Origin: a virus
UHGV virus genome: UHGV-2113617
DNA length: 64,000 nucleotides
Reading direction: 5' to 3' (one strand)
Shown here: piece by piece, positions 55,090 through 64,000 of the stretch
How the letters are laid out: every line of letters starts with the position of its first letter
Numbering within the stretch: the stretch's first letter is position 1
Translations under genes and position numbers: made by a program
Notes under the pieces: model-generated
The model's input: the letters and a program-made list of their open reading frames with translations, nothing else
What the model was told of the DNA's origin: nothing
Database searches by the model: none

Positions 55090-56517
55090 CTAAAATTTTA
55101 ATTCATTTGCCAAAGCATCTAACTGGGCTCGAGTAGATTCATTTCTTTGATAGCGATTCTGCTCAGCTTGTATCTGTTGTGAACCTGCTACTTCGTTCAC
55201 TTCAGTTGGAGTAGAATCTTGTTCAATTTCTACCCATTTCTGATTTCCTTTTTGAACACCCATTAAAAACTTATTCCATTTATTCTTATCACCATATCGT
55301 GATTTGATTTGCTTGATGAGTTGTTGTTCAGCAGCTGCTAACTCCTCGGTTTCAATGACCGCAAGCATAAAATCGGCTGTTGCTGGAAGACCGGCGGATT
55401 CTGCAATATCGCTCATGTTAACATCAGAAGAATCCCAAGCTTGTTTACCAACCTGTGCTGCAGTCCAAAGAACAGTTTCGGTTTCAACAGCCAGAGCACG
55501 CAATTCCTCTGCAATGGCTTTAACAGTTGTGTAACTATTTTCTGAGTAAACTCTGATGCGGCAAGATTTACAAATACCAAGATAGTCGACAATAATGATT
55601 GTTGGAACAAAATTCTTCTTGAGCTTTAATTCGTTTAAAAGAGATCGAAATGTATTAGCGTCTGCTCCACCAGTAGGATACTGTTTAACGATTAAACGGC
55701 CGAGAGTAGATTTCTCACGCCATTTTTCCATTTTTCCTTTATACTCAGCGTAAGAAATATGCCCATCATCAATGTCATCAAGAGAAACATCAAGCATATT
55801 AGCGTCAATACGTTTAGCACAGACTTCTTCTGCCATTTCCATGGAAATGTAAAGAACATTATGACCGAGCTGTAAATAATCTGCTGCCAATGAACACAGA
55901 CCTAATGACTTACCAACGTTAACGCCAGCCATTAAAACGTTCAGTGTTCCAGTCTCAGCTCCGCCTTTAGTAATTTTATTTAGAATTTTGAGTTTAAATG
56001 GAACCTTACGAGCTTTATTCATATAAGATAGCCAACGTGCTTCATAGTCATCCATCCAATCATGACCAACGTAACTATCAAATGAAATTGATAATGCTTG
56101 GCGCATGATGTCAGGAATAGCACCAACATCCGGCATTTTCTTATTTCGTTTTTCCGGAGGAAGCTCAGCATTAGTTTGAATTTCAATTATTTTAGACGTA
56201 GCATTAAACATCGCCCTTTGCTGAACATATTTTTCTGTTTCTTTTACTAACCAGCTGTGGTCTTCTGGAGAATCGGCTAGTTTTGAAATAAGTGTTTTTA
56301 CACCAGAATATTCTGTTTCAGTAAATGAACTATTTTCTAATGCAACATTTAACGCATTAATAGATGGAACGCTATGATACTCATTAACATGAGATTTAAT
56401 TAATTTGAATGTATTTTTAGCTGGACCACTTTCAAAATATTCTGAATCCATATATGGCCAAACTTTTGAAAAATAAGCTTGATCAAATATGAGATGAGAA
56501 AGAATAATTTCTACCAC
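55090..56517 (-). CDS. 41: replicative DNA helicase gp41 (DnaB family)
   Basis: 475 aa; Walker A GVNVGKS. Confidence 0.95.
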   Translation of the reverse strand: MVEIILSHLIFDQAYFSKVWPYMDSEYFESGPAKNTFKLIKSHVNEYHSVPSINALNVALENSSFTETEYSGVKTLISKLADSPEDHSWLVKETEKYVQQRAMFNATSKIIEIQTNAELPPEKRNKKMPDVGAIPDIMRQALSISFDSYVGHDWMDDYEARWLSYMNKARKVPFKLKILNKITKGGAETGTLNVLMAGVNVGKSLGLCSLAADYLQLGHNVLYISMEMAEEVCAKRIDANMLDVSLDDIDDGHISYAEYKGKMEKWREKSTLGRLIVKQYPTGGADANTFRSLLNELKLKKNFVPTIIIVDYLGICKSCRIRVYSENSYTTVKAIAEELRALAVETETVLWTAAQVGKQAWDSSDVNMSDIAESAGLPATADFMLAVIETEELAAAEQQLIKQIKSRYGDKNKWNKFLMGVQKGNQKWVEIEQDSTPTEVNEVAGSQQIQAEQNRYQRNESTRAQLDALANELKF

Positions 56518-56526
56518 ACTTACTCC

Positions 56527-56889
56527 TTAAAAGAATTTAAATTTTTTCTTTGACCTTTTATTAAATGCATCGTGTAGTTGCATTGTAATACATTTTTCTA
56601 CATGAGGAGCTAACTCAGCTTTTCTTTCTTGGTCAAGAACAGCAAAGTCCATTACGACTTTTCCATCAACCCAATCTAATTTTGTCACATACACAATGTG
56701 TGTAGAACCATCTTCTAGTTTAATGACAATCTCCTGGATAACATTTTCCATGGCAGATTTAATTATCTTAAGAGATTCATTAAAAAGACGTTCTTTTCTT
56801 TCTTCTTCCCCCTCCGAAGAGGGGGATTCGTCGATAATTTCTAGATCTAAATCTAAATCATCTTTATTCATTAAATTCTTCCATATCAC
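56527..56889 (-). CDS. 40: head vertex assembly chaperone gp40
   Basis: 120 aa ORF between uvsX and 41; start may be internal. Confidence 0.6.
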   Translation of the reverse strand: MIWKNLMNKDDLDLDLEIIDESPSSEGEEERKERLFNESLKIIKSAMENVIQEIVIKLEDGSTHIVYVTKLDWVDGKVVMDFAVLDQERKAELAPHVEKCITMQLHDAFNKRSKKKFKFF

Positions 56890-58045
56890 TTAACTGATCT
56901 AGGTCAGTTTCTAAATCAGCTGCTGATTTACTTTTACTTTCTGGAGATTTAAATTTTTCAACCTTTGAGTTAATCAATTCATCAACTTCAGCTTCAACAA
57001 TTTCATTACTATCAATAGCACCTAATTGATAAGCACGTTTAATAGCATCTCGGAATGGCTGATGCTTAAATAAAGGACCCCAGAATGTAGTGCAATTGGT
57101 ATCTTTTGCACGCCAAGATTTTTCTTCGCGAATCATCTCGCCGGTTTCTTCATCAAGAAATTCACGAGCATACCAGCCATTTTTAGGTTTTACTACAAAT
57201 CCTAATTCAAGAGCCATGTCTAACAATCCAGAATAAGGATCGATACCACCGTCAAATTTAACATCAATAAAGAATTTACTTTTTTCTTTGACGGTACGAG
57301 ATTTTTCTACATTTAGAACAAATTGATACCCCTGAAGATCAGAACCATCTTTAATCTGACGCTTACCGATAATGAATACAGTATCAGCCGAATACATTAC
57401 GCCTGTACCACCTGTCATCACGGTTTTACTAAACATTTCAATTGTTTCAATTGTATGGTTAACCGCAACACATGGAATGTTTTTAATACTAAAATAAGGA
57501 GTAACAATACGGAATAATGACTTCAGTGATTTAGCACGAGTCATATCTGCCACAGATTTTTCATTCAAGGCATCTTCCGTTTCTTTCTTAGAAGCCATAT
57601 TACCGATTGAGTCGATGAATACAATAACTTTTTCACCGCGCTCAATAGCTTCAAGCTGATTCACCATATCAATTTTCAGTTGTTCAACTGACTGAATTGG
57701 CGTATGAATTACTCGTTCCGGGTCAACTCCCATGGATCGCAAATAAGCTGGAGTAATACCAAATTCGCTATCATAGAATAAACAAACCGCATCAGGATAT
57801 TTGTTCAAATACGCCGCAACCATAGTCAAAGACATATTTGATTTAAAGTGTTTAGAAGGACCTGCAAAAATGGTTAAACCAGACTGCATTCCACCATCAA
57901 TCGCACCGGAAATAGCAATATTAAGCATTGGAATTTTTGTACGGATTACATCCTTTTCATTAAAGAACTTAGATGTAGTCAGTTCAGCAGTCATTTTAGA
58001 AGTGGAAGCTTTAATCAAACGGGATTTTAAATCTGCAATAGACAT
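56864..58045 (-). CDS. uvsX: RecA-like recombinase UvsX
   Basis: 393 aa; Walker A GPSKHFKS; close to but not identical with recalled T4 UvsX. Confidence 0.95.
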   Translation of the reverse strand: MSIADLKSRLIKASTSKMTAELTTSKFFNEKDVIRTKIPMLNIAISGAIDGGMQSGLTIFAGPSKHFKSNMSLTMVAAYLNKYPDAVCLFYDSEFGITPAYLRSMGVDPERVIHTPIQSVEQLKIDMVNQLEAIERGEKVIVFIDSIGNMASKKETEDALNEKSVADMTRAKSLKSLFRIVTPYFSIKNIPCVAVNHTIETIEMFSKTVMTGGTGVMYSADTVFIIGKRQIKDGSDLQGYQFVLNVEKSRTVKEKSKFFIDVKFDGGIDPYSGLLDMALELGFVVKPKNGWYAREFLDEETGEMIREEKSWRAKDTNCTTFWGPLFKHQPFRDAIKRAYQLGAIDSNEIVEAEVDELINSKVEKFKSPESKSKSAADLETDLDQLSDMEEFNE

Positions 58046-58122
58046 TCATTTTTTCCATAGGCATCATTATATTTTCCTCACTGGTTAAAGATAGGGTAAT
58101 TATAACACAATAAATTTAGGCA

Positions 58123-58968
58123 TTAATCAACTGCTATTGGATGAATAGCATTAAACTTATGAAACGCTTCTGATTTTTCTTTGCGCGAAACACACATGCG
58201 AAGAACCTTTAATGGCTCGTCTTCTTCACCCAACGATTTTCTCTTTTCAATATTCGATGTTTTCCAACGAGCTTGCTCTGGAAACTCTCTATTGATTTGC
58301 TCAAGCGCTCTATTATGTTTTGAATTACTACGAATTGAACTACATCCGCCTGGAGCTTGTGCTTTTCCAGATACAACCAGATATTTGAACAAGGCCAAAT
58401 GCGGATAACCTTGATTAATTAAATTGAGAAATGCATACATATCTTCGCATAAATCAATTTTTCCATACCCAATTTGTTCTGTTGTAAGTTTTCCTAAATC
58501 ATACCATGTATTCGTGAATCCATATGAATTTTCACGATAATTACCCCAAGATGAAGTAATTTTAAAAATTGGTAAACGGGCATGACCATGATAATACCCG
58601 CAATCCATGGCATCTTCAACGTATTGAATCAATTCATAGAACTGTTCACGAGTTAACTGATTAATTTTATCTACGCAGCGACGATCATCTTTCTTTCGCA
58701 TTGAACTCATACGAATAGTAGTATCATCGATCATCCAAATTCGTTGACCTGCATACATATCAGTAATTGCTTTACGAGTTCCAGCAATTCCATTTACATC
58801 ATCAGGAATAACTACAATTTTAGCTCTAGACCCATAAGCATCATAATAAGCTTTTTCTTCGTGTTCACGTACTACAATATGAGGTTCATAATCAGTCGGA
58901 AACATATCAAGGGCAGAAACTGCCCCTACGCGTTGATAGCTTGGAATTACGAATTGAATCATTTCCAC
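58123..58968 (-). CDS. putative DNA glucosyltransferase (possibly T2/T6-type beta-glucosyl-HMC-alpha-glucosyltransferase)
   Basis: 281 aa ORF in the uvsX-42 slot where T4 has the 351-aa beta-gt; no resemblance to recalled T4 beta-gt. Confidence 0.4.
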   Translation of the reverse strand: MEMIQFVIPSYQRVGAVSALDMFPTDYEPHIVVREHEEKAYYDAYGSRAKIVVIPDDVNGIAGTRKAITDMYAGQRIWMIDDTTIRMSSMRKKDDRRCVDKINQLTREQFYELIQYVEDAMDCGYYHGHARLPIFKITSSWGNYRENSYGFTNTWYDLGKLTTEQIGYGKIDLCEDMYAFLNLINQGYPHLALFKYLVVSGKAQAPGGCSSIRSNSKHNRALEQINREFPEQARWKTSNIEKRKSLGEEDEPLKVLRMCVSRKEKSEAFHKFNAIHPIAVD

Positions 58969-59699
58969 TCACCGTTATAATCTTTTTTCGCAATATGAGT
59001 TTCGCCAGTTTTCCACCAATGGTCAACCAAATAAAAATGACGAGAATACACATGAAGGCTTCCGACATTCCATATAATGGAACCTGCTTTATACTGACGA
59101 GTTGAATCACCTGCATTCAAATCAGATACTAATTTATCTAGTACGTATTTTTGCCATGCATAATCATTACGGAATCCGAAGACCACGTCATTTGAACGCA
59201 TGCTTACTACTGCATTGACTTTCTTATCACGAATCAGGTACTGTACTGTATTCGTACACATGAAATCTGACATACCATCTTTGTTGTAGTCAAACTGCAT
59301 GGATGGACGAGTATAAATCATGATACCACGTCGAGAATCAGGATTTTGACCAAGTTCAGCTAAACACATATCATACTGAGCATAGTTATCTTCTGACCAG
59401 ATGGCCCAACCATAATTTGAGTTAATTTCACCTTTAGAAGATGCCACCTGCTGCCAAATCTTTGGCGTTTCACCTGGAATATCTTTAACAAACAAACTTT
59501 TAGATTTATACCATTCAAGTTCACGCTGAATGTATTCATCATTAAGAGCGCCAAAAATAAAAGGTTCATCTGCTACAAATGATGCACCAATAATTTCAAT
59601 AGTTTTAACACCGGTTTTATCAATTACGAAATCTTTTTCCTTTAATGCAATTCCCAAATGAAGACGGATTTCTTCAACTGTCATAGAGTCATTAATCAT
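58959..59699 (-). CDS. 42: dCMP hydroxymethylase gp42
   Basis: 246 aa; matches recalled T4 gp42. Confidence 0.95.
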   Translation of the reverse strand: MINDSMTVEEIRLHLGIALKEKDFVIDKTGVKTIEIIGASFVADEPFIFGALNDEYIQRELEWYKSKSLFVKDIPGETPKIWQQVASSKGEINSNYGWAIWSEDNYAQYDMCLAELGQNPDSRRGIMIYTRPSMQFDYNKDGMSDFMCTNTVQYLIRDKKVNAVVSMRSNDVVFGFRNDYAWQKYVLDKLVSDLNAGDSTRQYKAGSIIWNVGSLHVYSRHFYLVDHWWKTGETHIAKKDYNGEWK

Positions 59700-59706
59700 T
59701 TAAACC

Positions 59707-59856
59707 TCAATTGATGCATTCATATTTAACTTGTAACAGTAATAAACTCCACCCTATAATAAGTGTTGGAATCATACAAGGAACTGTTACGCTATAGTAT
59801 ATACTTATTATAATCATCAAGATTAAAAGCAATACTGCTAAAATTTTGCTTTTCAT
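59707..59856 (-). CDS. small hydrophobic membrane protein
   Basis: ~49 aa ORF below track cutoff; ATG overlaps imm stop (ATGA). Confidence 0.35.
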   Translation of the reverse strand: MKSKILAVLLLILMIIISIYYSVTVPCMIPTLIIGWSLLLLQVKYECIN

Positions 59857-60104
59857 TCCTTCTCTCTGATGATAATTACTTGATTTTGCTGTACAGATTT
59901 TTTAGTTTCACCCGCAATTGACCAAATAAATGTAATAAACCAACCAATGATTGACCAGTTAAACAGTAAAGATGTGAAAAAGATTCCTACTGTCGATTTT
60001 GACCCACGCATCAAGGCGATGAACCATGGAAGCATGTATATAATAATAGCCAACACGCCTGAAACTAAAACCATAAAAATTGAACCTGCTACTAAAGTTT
60101 CCAT
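59853..60104 (-). CDS. imm: superinfection immunity protein Imm
   Basis: 83 aa, two TM segments; matches recalled T4 Imm. Confidence 0.85.
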   Translation of the reverse strand: METLVAGSIFMVLVSGVLAIIIYMLPWFIALMRGSKSTVGIFFTSLLFNWSIIGWFITFIWSIAGETKKSVQQNQVIIIREKE

Positions 60105-60111
60105 ATTTTCC

Positions 60112-60492
60112 TCACTTAGTCAAATTTTTTACGCATGAATTATAAGAATTCACTACATACTCCATCGGAGCATTTTTACCTGTACGCCATTGGTAATTAT
60201 TAGCCCAATTAGCCCAAAGCTCAGCGCAGTAGTTTTCAATTTTTTCTTCGCGTGTAATTACATCTGAATTACGATATGCTTGAGCAGATTCATCTGGGCG
60301 AATAGCTTCGTCAAAATTCGCCTGCATCTGTTCTACTGTCTGTTTTGGAGCTTCTTTATAACACTTGACGTTAGGATTATAAAATTTGCTTGAACAGTTT
60401 ACAATTTTTCCTACATCAGACTGATTTACTACCGGTCCTTGAGCTACACATCCAGTAAGACCCAATGCAATAACCAAAATAGCGATTTTCAT
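60112..60492 (-). CDS. putative lipoprotein
   Basis: 126 aa; signal peptide with lipobox LGLTGC. Confidence 0.5.
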   Translation of the reverse strand: MKIAILVIALGLTGCVAQGPVVNQSDVGKIVNCSSKFYNPNVKCYKEAPKQTVEQMQANFDEAIRPDESAQAYRNSDVITREEKIENYCAELWANWANNYQWRTGKNAPMEYVVNSYNSCVKNLTK

Positions 60493-60502
60493 AATAATTT
60501 CC

Positions 60503-60772
60503 TCAAATACAAGTAGTAATTACTCCAGTAGTGCTTACACAGGTATTACCTAATTGAACACCCAACGTTCCATTAGTATTCATATGAAGATTATCATCAA
60601 TTTTTGTTGATACTTTACCATTCATGTGAATAATAGTATTAGATTCAATCACATTCTGAGTGTCATTTTCAATATCAATAAATGGAACAGTTGCTAATGC
60701 AACTAAACACGCTGCTAATGCAACTAAACACACTGCTAAACAACCATAAACAATTTTCATTTTATTCTCCAA
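60503..60772 (-). CDS. secreted hypothetical protein with duplicated signal-peptide segment
   Basis: 89 aa; N-terminal hydrophobic region contains CLVALAA twice, from a 21-bp tandem duplication. Confidence 0.45.
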   Translation of the reverse strand: MENKMKIVYGCLAVCLVALAACLVALATVPFIDIENDTQNVIESNTIIHMNGKVSTKIDDNLHMNTNGTLGVQLGNTCVSTTGVITTCI

Positions 60773-60784
60773 ATCCGTATCAGT

Positions 60785-60845
60785 TGATAGTTGTATAGTA
60801 CCATGGAAGAACGGGAATGTAAACAGTTTTGTGAAAAAAAATTTT
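60785..60845 (-). promoter_or_regulatory. T4-type early promoter-like element
   Basis: Minus strand: A/T tract, GTTTAC, spacer, GGTACTATAC. Confidence 0.4.
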
Positions 60846-60902
60846 TAATGAATTTACAGGACCTAGAATCATCTATTTTTCCTAAGTATAGATTTATATT
60901 AC

Positions 60903-60930
60903 TTGTATGAAAAGGGACCCGGAGGTCCCT
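60903..60930 (-). terminator. rho-independent terminator after gene 43
   Basis: Minus-strand hairpin GGGACC-UCCG-GGUCCC followed by UUUUCAUAC. Confidence 0.55.
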
Positions 60931-60942
60931 AGATTTATTCTA

Positions 60943-63639
60943 TCAGCCAAACAGGAAGTCTAACGAAGCTTTTTCTTCATAGTCCATACCCGCCGATTCA
61001 CACATACCCGCAAGCGGTTTAACAAACGATTTTTGGAACAAAGTTGAGTAGTCAATCCAAGATAGTACGTCAGAACGAATTTCTTTTGGAAGTTCCGTAC
61101 CCGATGGCCAAGCAATGCACTTGTCACCAAATGGATTTCCTTCACGTAATGGAAGAACCATTACCTTATTTCCATCCAAAATTGGAGCTACACCTAAACC
61201 ACTAACAGCTCGACGATAAGTTAACACACCACGAATATGGAACGGGCATTTAAATCCTGGCCAACCCTTATCGTCATATTTTGCTATATCGTTCGCGGTT
61301 TTTACTTCAGCAATAACTTTATAGTCAAGTTGACGGTATTCTTTCTCAAAGTTCTTATAGTATTCTTGGACAGACTCTTCACCTTCCTGAAGAATACGAC
61401 GAATACTTTCTTCGAGAGCTTCTTGCACTGCTTTTGGTGTTGAACTCTGTTGAGTTTCCATACCCATGATTTTTAGATGTGGTTCAGCAAATCGCTTATC
61501 TTCCATATCATAAACGTTCAGAGCATAACGTTTTTTCGCTTTCCAAAATCCACCAACACCCTTTGAACCGAGTGGAGGGCAAGAAATAGCTTCACGGTCC
61601 ATATGCATCAGATGCTCGCGGTTATTCATATAATCACATAACTCACGATATGCAACATCAATCATAGGTTCCATCTTTTTCTTACCAAACTGATTCATGA
61701 ATTCAACTAAATCATTTTGTTCTTTAAAGCGGTCAAGACCTACTTTTTCAATTACTTTATCTACACAAACATATACCGAATCAGTATCACCTGCTGCGAT
61801 GAAATCTTCACCATCAGTTCCACACACTTTATTCAGATATTCATTAATTTTACGAGCAATCCACTGAATACCAACTTGACCAAAAATTGTGATAGCAGTA
61901 GCATTTCGCAAATCATAGTAACGGAAATGAATATTACCAAGAGCACCATAAAGACTGTTGATAAGAATTTTACGGTTCAGCTGATTTGTGTTAGCAAGTG
62001 TAGCTGCTTTTTCACATTCTTCGATCAGACTATTAAGAACAGATTCAGTGTAATTCGATAATTCGTTTAAGAAATCATCACTGAACTTAACATATCGTTC
62101 AACTTCTGGTTTAGTTGAGCAAGACCCTGCACCTTTCATAATAATCTTTTTAATAGCTTCGGCATTCATTTCTTCAGCGAACATTTTCTTTTTCCAATCT
62201 TTACGCTGGAAAAATACTTTAGCGATTTCCTTTGGAATGATACCTTCTTGGTGCTTATCATACATCCATCCATTCGGAGAGCAAGAATATTCATCACTTG
62301 GCTTAGGAGCTGTTCCTGCGATATATTCATGAATTGGATGAACTTTAAACTGTCCACGAATAGTCTCAGGACTAATGTTAACCTGACGAATAATGCTAGG
62401 ATACAGAGATGTCAAGTCAAAACTCATAATGTATCGACGGGCAATCGGTTTAGGTTCAAACACAAATGCGCCTGGAAAACTCTGCTTAACGTGCGAACCT
62501 TGTTGAGGAATAACCTTATGTTCACTTTTCAGTGAGTTAAAAATAATAGCATCCCAAGTTTTAATAGGACTCATTACACCAGAAAAAGGCATTTTAGCAT
62601 AATAAGACATACTTAAAACTAGATCGATAAACCCACGAATTTTATCAATTGCTTGAACTGATTCTACGTCAATAATGTTATAACTAATGTATCGTTGATG
62701 ATTAGTCTCACGAAGTTTATTAATAGGACCATCGTACGGCAATTTACCTTTTTTGGTTTCATGTTGAGCAACTGATTCCAAAGAGAATGATGGCAAATTA
62801 GTAAATGCGAATTTCTTGTACAAATCTAAATAATCAAGAATAGATACGCCATCAATAGAATAAATTTCTTTGCTACCGTACATATTTTGAATTAGTTTAG
62901 ATTTTACTCGACCGATTGGAGAGAAGCGTTTCATACTACGTTCACCAAGAACCATTTTAACGCGATTCATGATATACGGAACGTCAAATCCCTCAATATT
63001 CCAACCAGTAAAAATAGCAGGTCGTTTCTGTTCCCAGAGATTAATATATTCCATGAGCATATCACGCTCATTATCAAATGGCATATAAATTACTCGGTCA
63101 AGAATTTCTTGAGGAACTTCATCACCACCTTCACAGTCAAGTTTAGCAGCTAACTTTGCATCCCATTTTGATACTGAACCGTACATTGAATTCAACAAAT
63201 CAAAGACGTAAAAACGGTCGTCAATTGAATCATAATGAGTGATAGCATCAATTTCATATTCTGCTTTCATTGGGTCAGGAAATTTATCGCCAGTAACCTC
63301 AATGTCACAGTTAGCTACACGAACAAATTTTCGGTCATAAACAATTTCTGAACCATATGTATCACTGATATAAGCGAGTTTAAAATCGTTCATACCAAGA
63401 GCTTCGAGACCGATGTCTTCCATTCGCTTCATCCAGTCTCGTGCATCTTTCATTGATGGAAATTTTTGAGGAGCGCAATTTTTACCGTAAATGTCTTTGT
63501 ACTTTGACTCTTCCTTACAATGCCTAAACATAGTCGGAAGATATTCTACTTCACGAGTACGTTCCTTTCCGTTTTCATCAATATAACGCTCAACAATATT
63601 ATTTCCGACTGTTTCGATAGAGATATAAAATTCTTTCAT
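60943..63639 (-). CDS. 43: DNA polymerase gp43 (family B)
   Basis: 898 aa, same length as T4 gp43; exonuclease and polymerase motifs incl. YGDTDS. Confidence 0.97.
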   Translation of the reverse strand: MKEFYISIETVGNNIVERYIDENGKERTREVEYLPTMFRHCKEESKYKDIYGKNCAPQKFPSMKDARDWMKRMEDIGLEALGMNDFKLAYISDTYGSEIVYDRKFVRVANCDIEVTGDKFPDPMKAEYEIDAITHYDSIDDRFYVFDLLNSMYGSVSKWDAKLAAKLDCEGGDEVPQEILDRVIYMPFDNERDMLMEYINLWEQKRPAIFTGWNIEGFDVPYIMNRVKMVLGERSMKRFSPIGRVKSKLIQNMYGSKEIYSIDGVSILDYLDLYKKFAFTNLPSFSLESVAQHETKKGKLPYDGPINKLRETNHQRYISYNIIDVESVQAIDKIRGFIDLVLSMSYYAKMPFSGVMSPIKTWDAIIFNSLKSEHKVIPQQGSHVKQSFPGAFVFEPKPIARRYIMSFDLTSLYPSIIRQVNISPETIRGQFKVHPIHEYIAGTAPKPSDEYSCSPNGWMYDKHQEGIIPKEIAKVFFQRKDWKKKMFAEEMNAEAIKKIIMKGAGSCSTKPEVERYVKFSDDFLNELSNYTESVLNSLIEECEKAATLANTNQLNRKILINSLYGALGNIHFRYYDLRNATAITIFGQVGIQWIARKINEYLNKVCGTDGEDFIAAGDTDSVYVCVDKVIEKVGLDRFKEQNDLVEFMNQFGKKKMEPMIDVAYRELCDYMNNREHLMHMDREAISCPPLGSKGVGGFWKAKKRYALNVYDMEDKRFAEPHLKIMGMETQQSSTPKAVQEALEESIRRILQEGEESVQEYYKNFEKEYRQLDYKVIAEVKTANDIAKYDDKGWPGFKCPFHIRGVLTYRRAVSGLGVAPILDGNKVMVLPLREGNPFGDKCIAWPSGTELPKEIRSDVLSWIDYSTLFQKSFVKPLAGMCESAGMDYEEKASLDFLFG

Positions 63640-63697
63640 AGATATTCCTTAGTTTATAGCCCGAGTTATTAGGCTCTTGATATATTATACTCCAAAT

Positions 63698-63715
63698 AAG
63701 GGGCCGAAGCCCCTT
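63698..63715 (-). promoter_or_regulatory. CUUCGG hairpin upstream of gene 43
   Basis: GGGGC-UUCG-GCCCC followed by GGAGTATAATAT; may belong to the gene 43 leader or be a terminator for the upstream gene. Confidence 0.4.
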
Positions 63716-63717
63716 GC

Positions 63718-63981
63718 TTAAATTAATACCATTTGTCGGTGAAAAATTGTCAATCCATCTGCATTAATTGACTTAACCACTGCGGTAAAGTGTTTTTGTT
63801 CTGGGTGAACTAATTTTTGAAATTCTACCTGAAATTTTAGTTGGAGATTTTCTGGTAAATCAAAAAGTGTTTCTGTTGCAGAAAGATTATATTTTTCTTT
63901 AAGAGACGCCATGTATTCTTGCGGGGTTATAGCAGTCATATTAATTACCAATCGTATATTTTGGAACGAGTTTCCATTCAT
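63718..63981 (-). CDS. hypothetical protein, 5-prime end possibly beyond window
   Basis: 87 aa ORF; frame stays open upstream of ATG 63981 to the window edge; does not match recalled RegA. Confidence 0.35.
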   Translation of the reverse strand: MNGNSFQNIRLVINMTAITPQEYMASLKEKYNLSATETLFDLPENLQLKFQVEFQKLVHPEQKHFTAVVKSINADGLTIFHRQMVLI

Positions 63982-64000
63982 GTTTTTGTTTAAAAGAAAT

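Noticed and set aside
63718-63981. Assignment of the last ORF as regA
   Set aside because: Its C-terminus does not match my recollection of T4 RegA and the 5-prime end may lie outside the window.

Overview
This window is a contiguous stretch of a T4-like (T-even, Tequatrovirus-type) phage genome. All product calls rest on my recall of T4 protein sequences and on the supplied ORF track; no searches were run. The minus strand carries early and middle genes in T4 order: pseT, alc, rnlA, denA, nrdB, nrdA, td, frd, 32, 59, 33, dsbA, rnh, then asiA, motA, 52, ac, stp, ndd, denB, rIIB, rIIA, 39, motB, dexA, dda, modA, modB, soc, 56, 61, sp, dmd, 41, 40, uvsX, 42, imm and 43. The plus strand carries the late long-tail-fiber and lysis block 34-35-36-37-38-t. 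It is not T4 itself. The most interesting feature is nrdA split into two separately translated pieces by an HNH homing endonuclease gene. Other departures from T4: gene 39 is a single fused ORF, nrdB has no intron, an extra ORF sits between frd and td, the tail-fibre tip is T2-type (gp38 adhesin plus a gp37 C-terminal chaperone domain), and srd looks frameshifted. The td group I intron with I-TevI and a SegG-like ORF are present. I found no tRNA, rRNA or CRISPR array, and nothing that looks foreign to a T-even phage.
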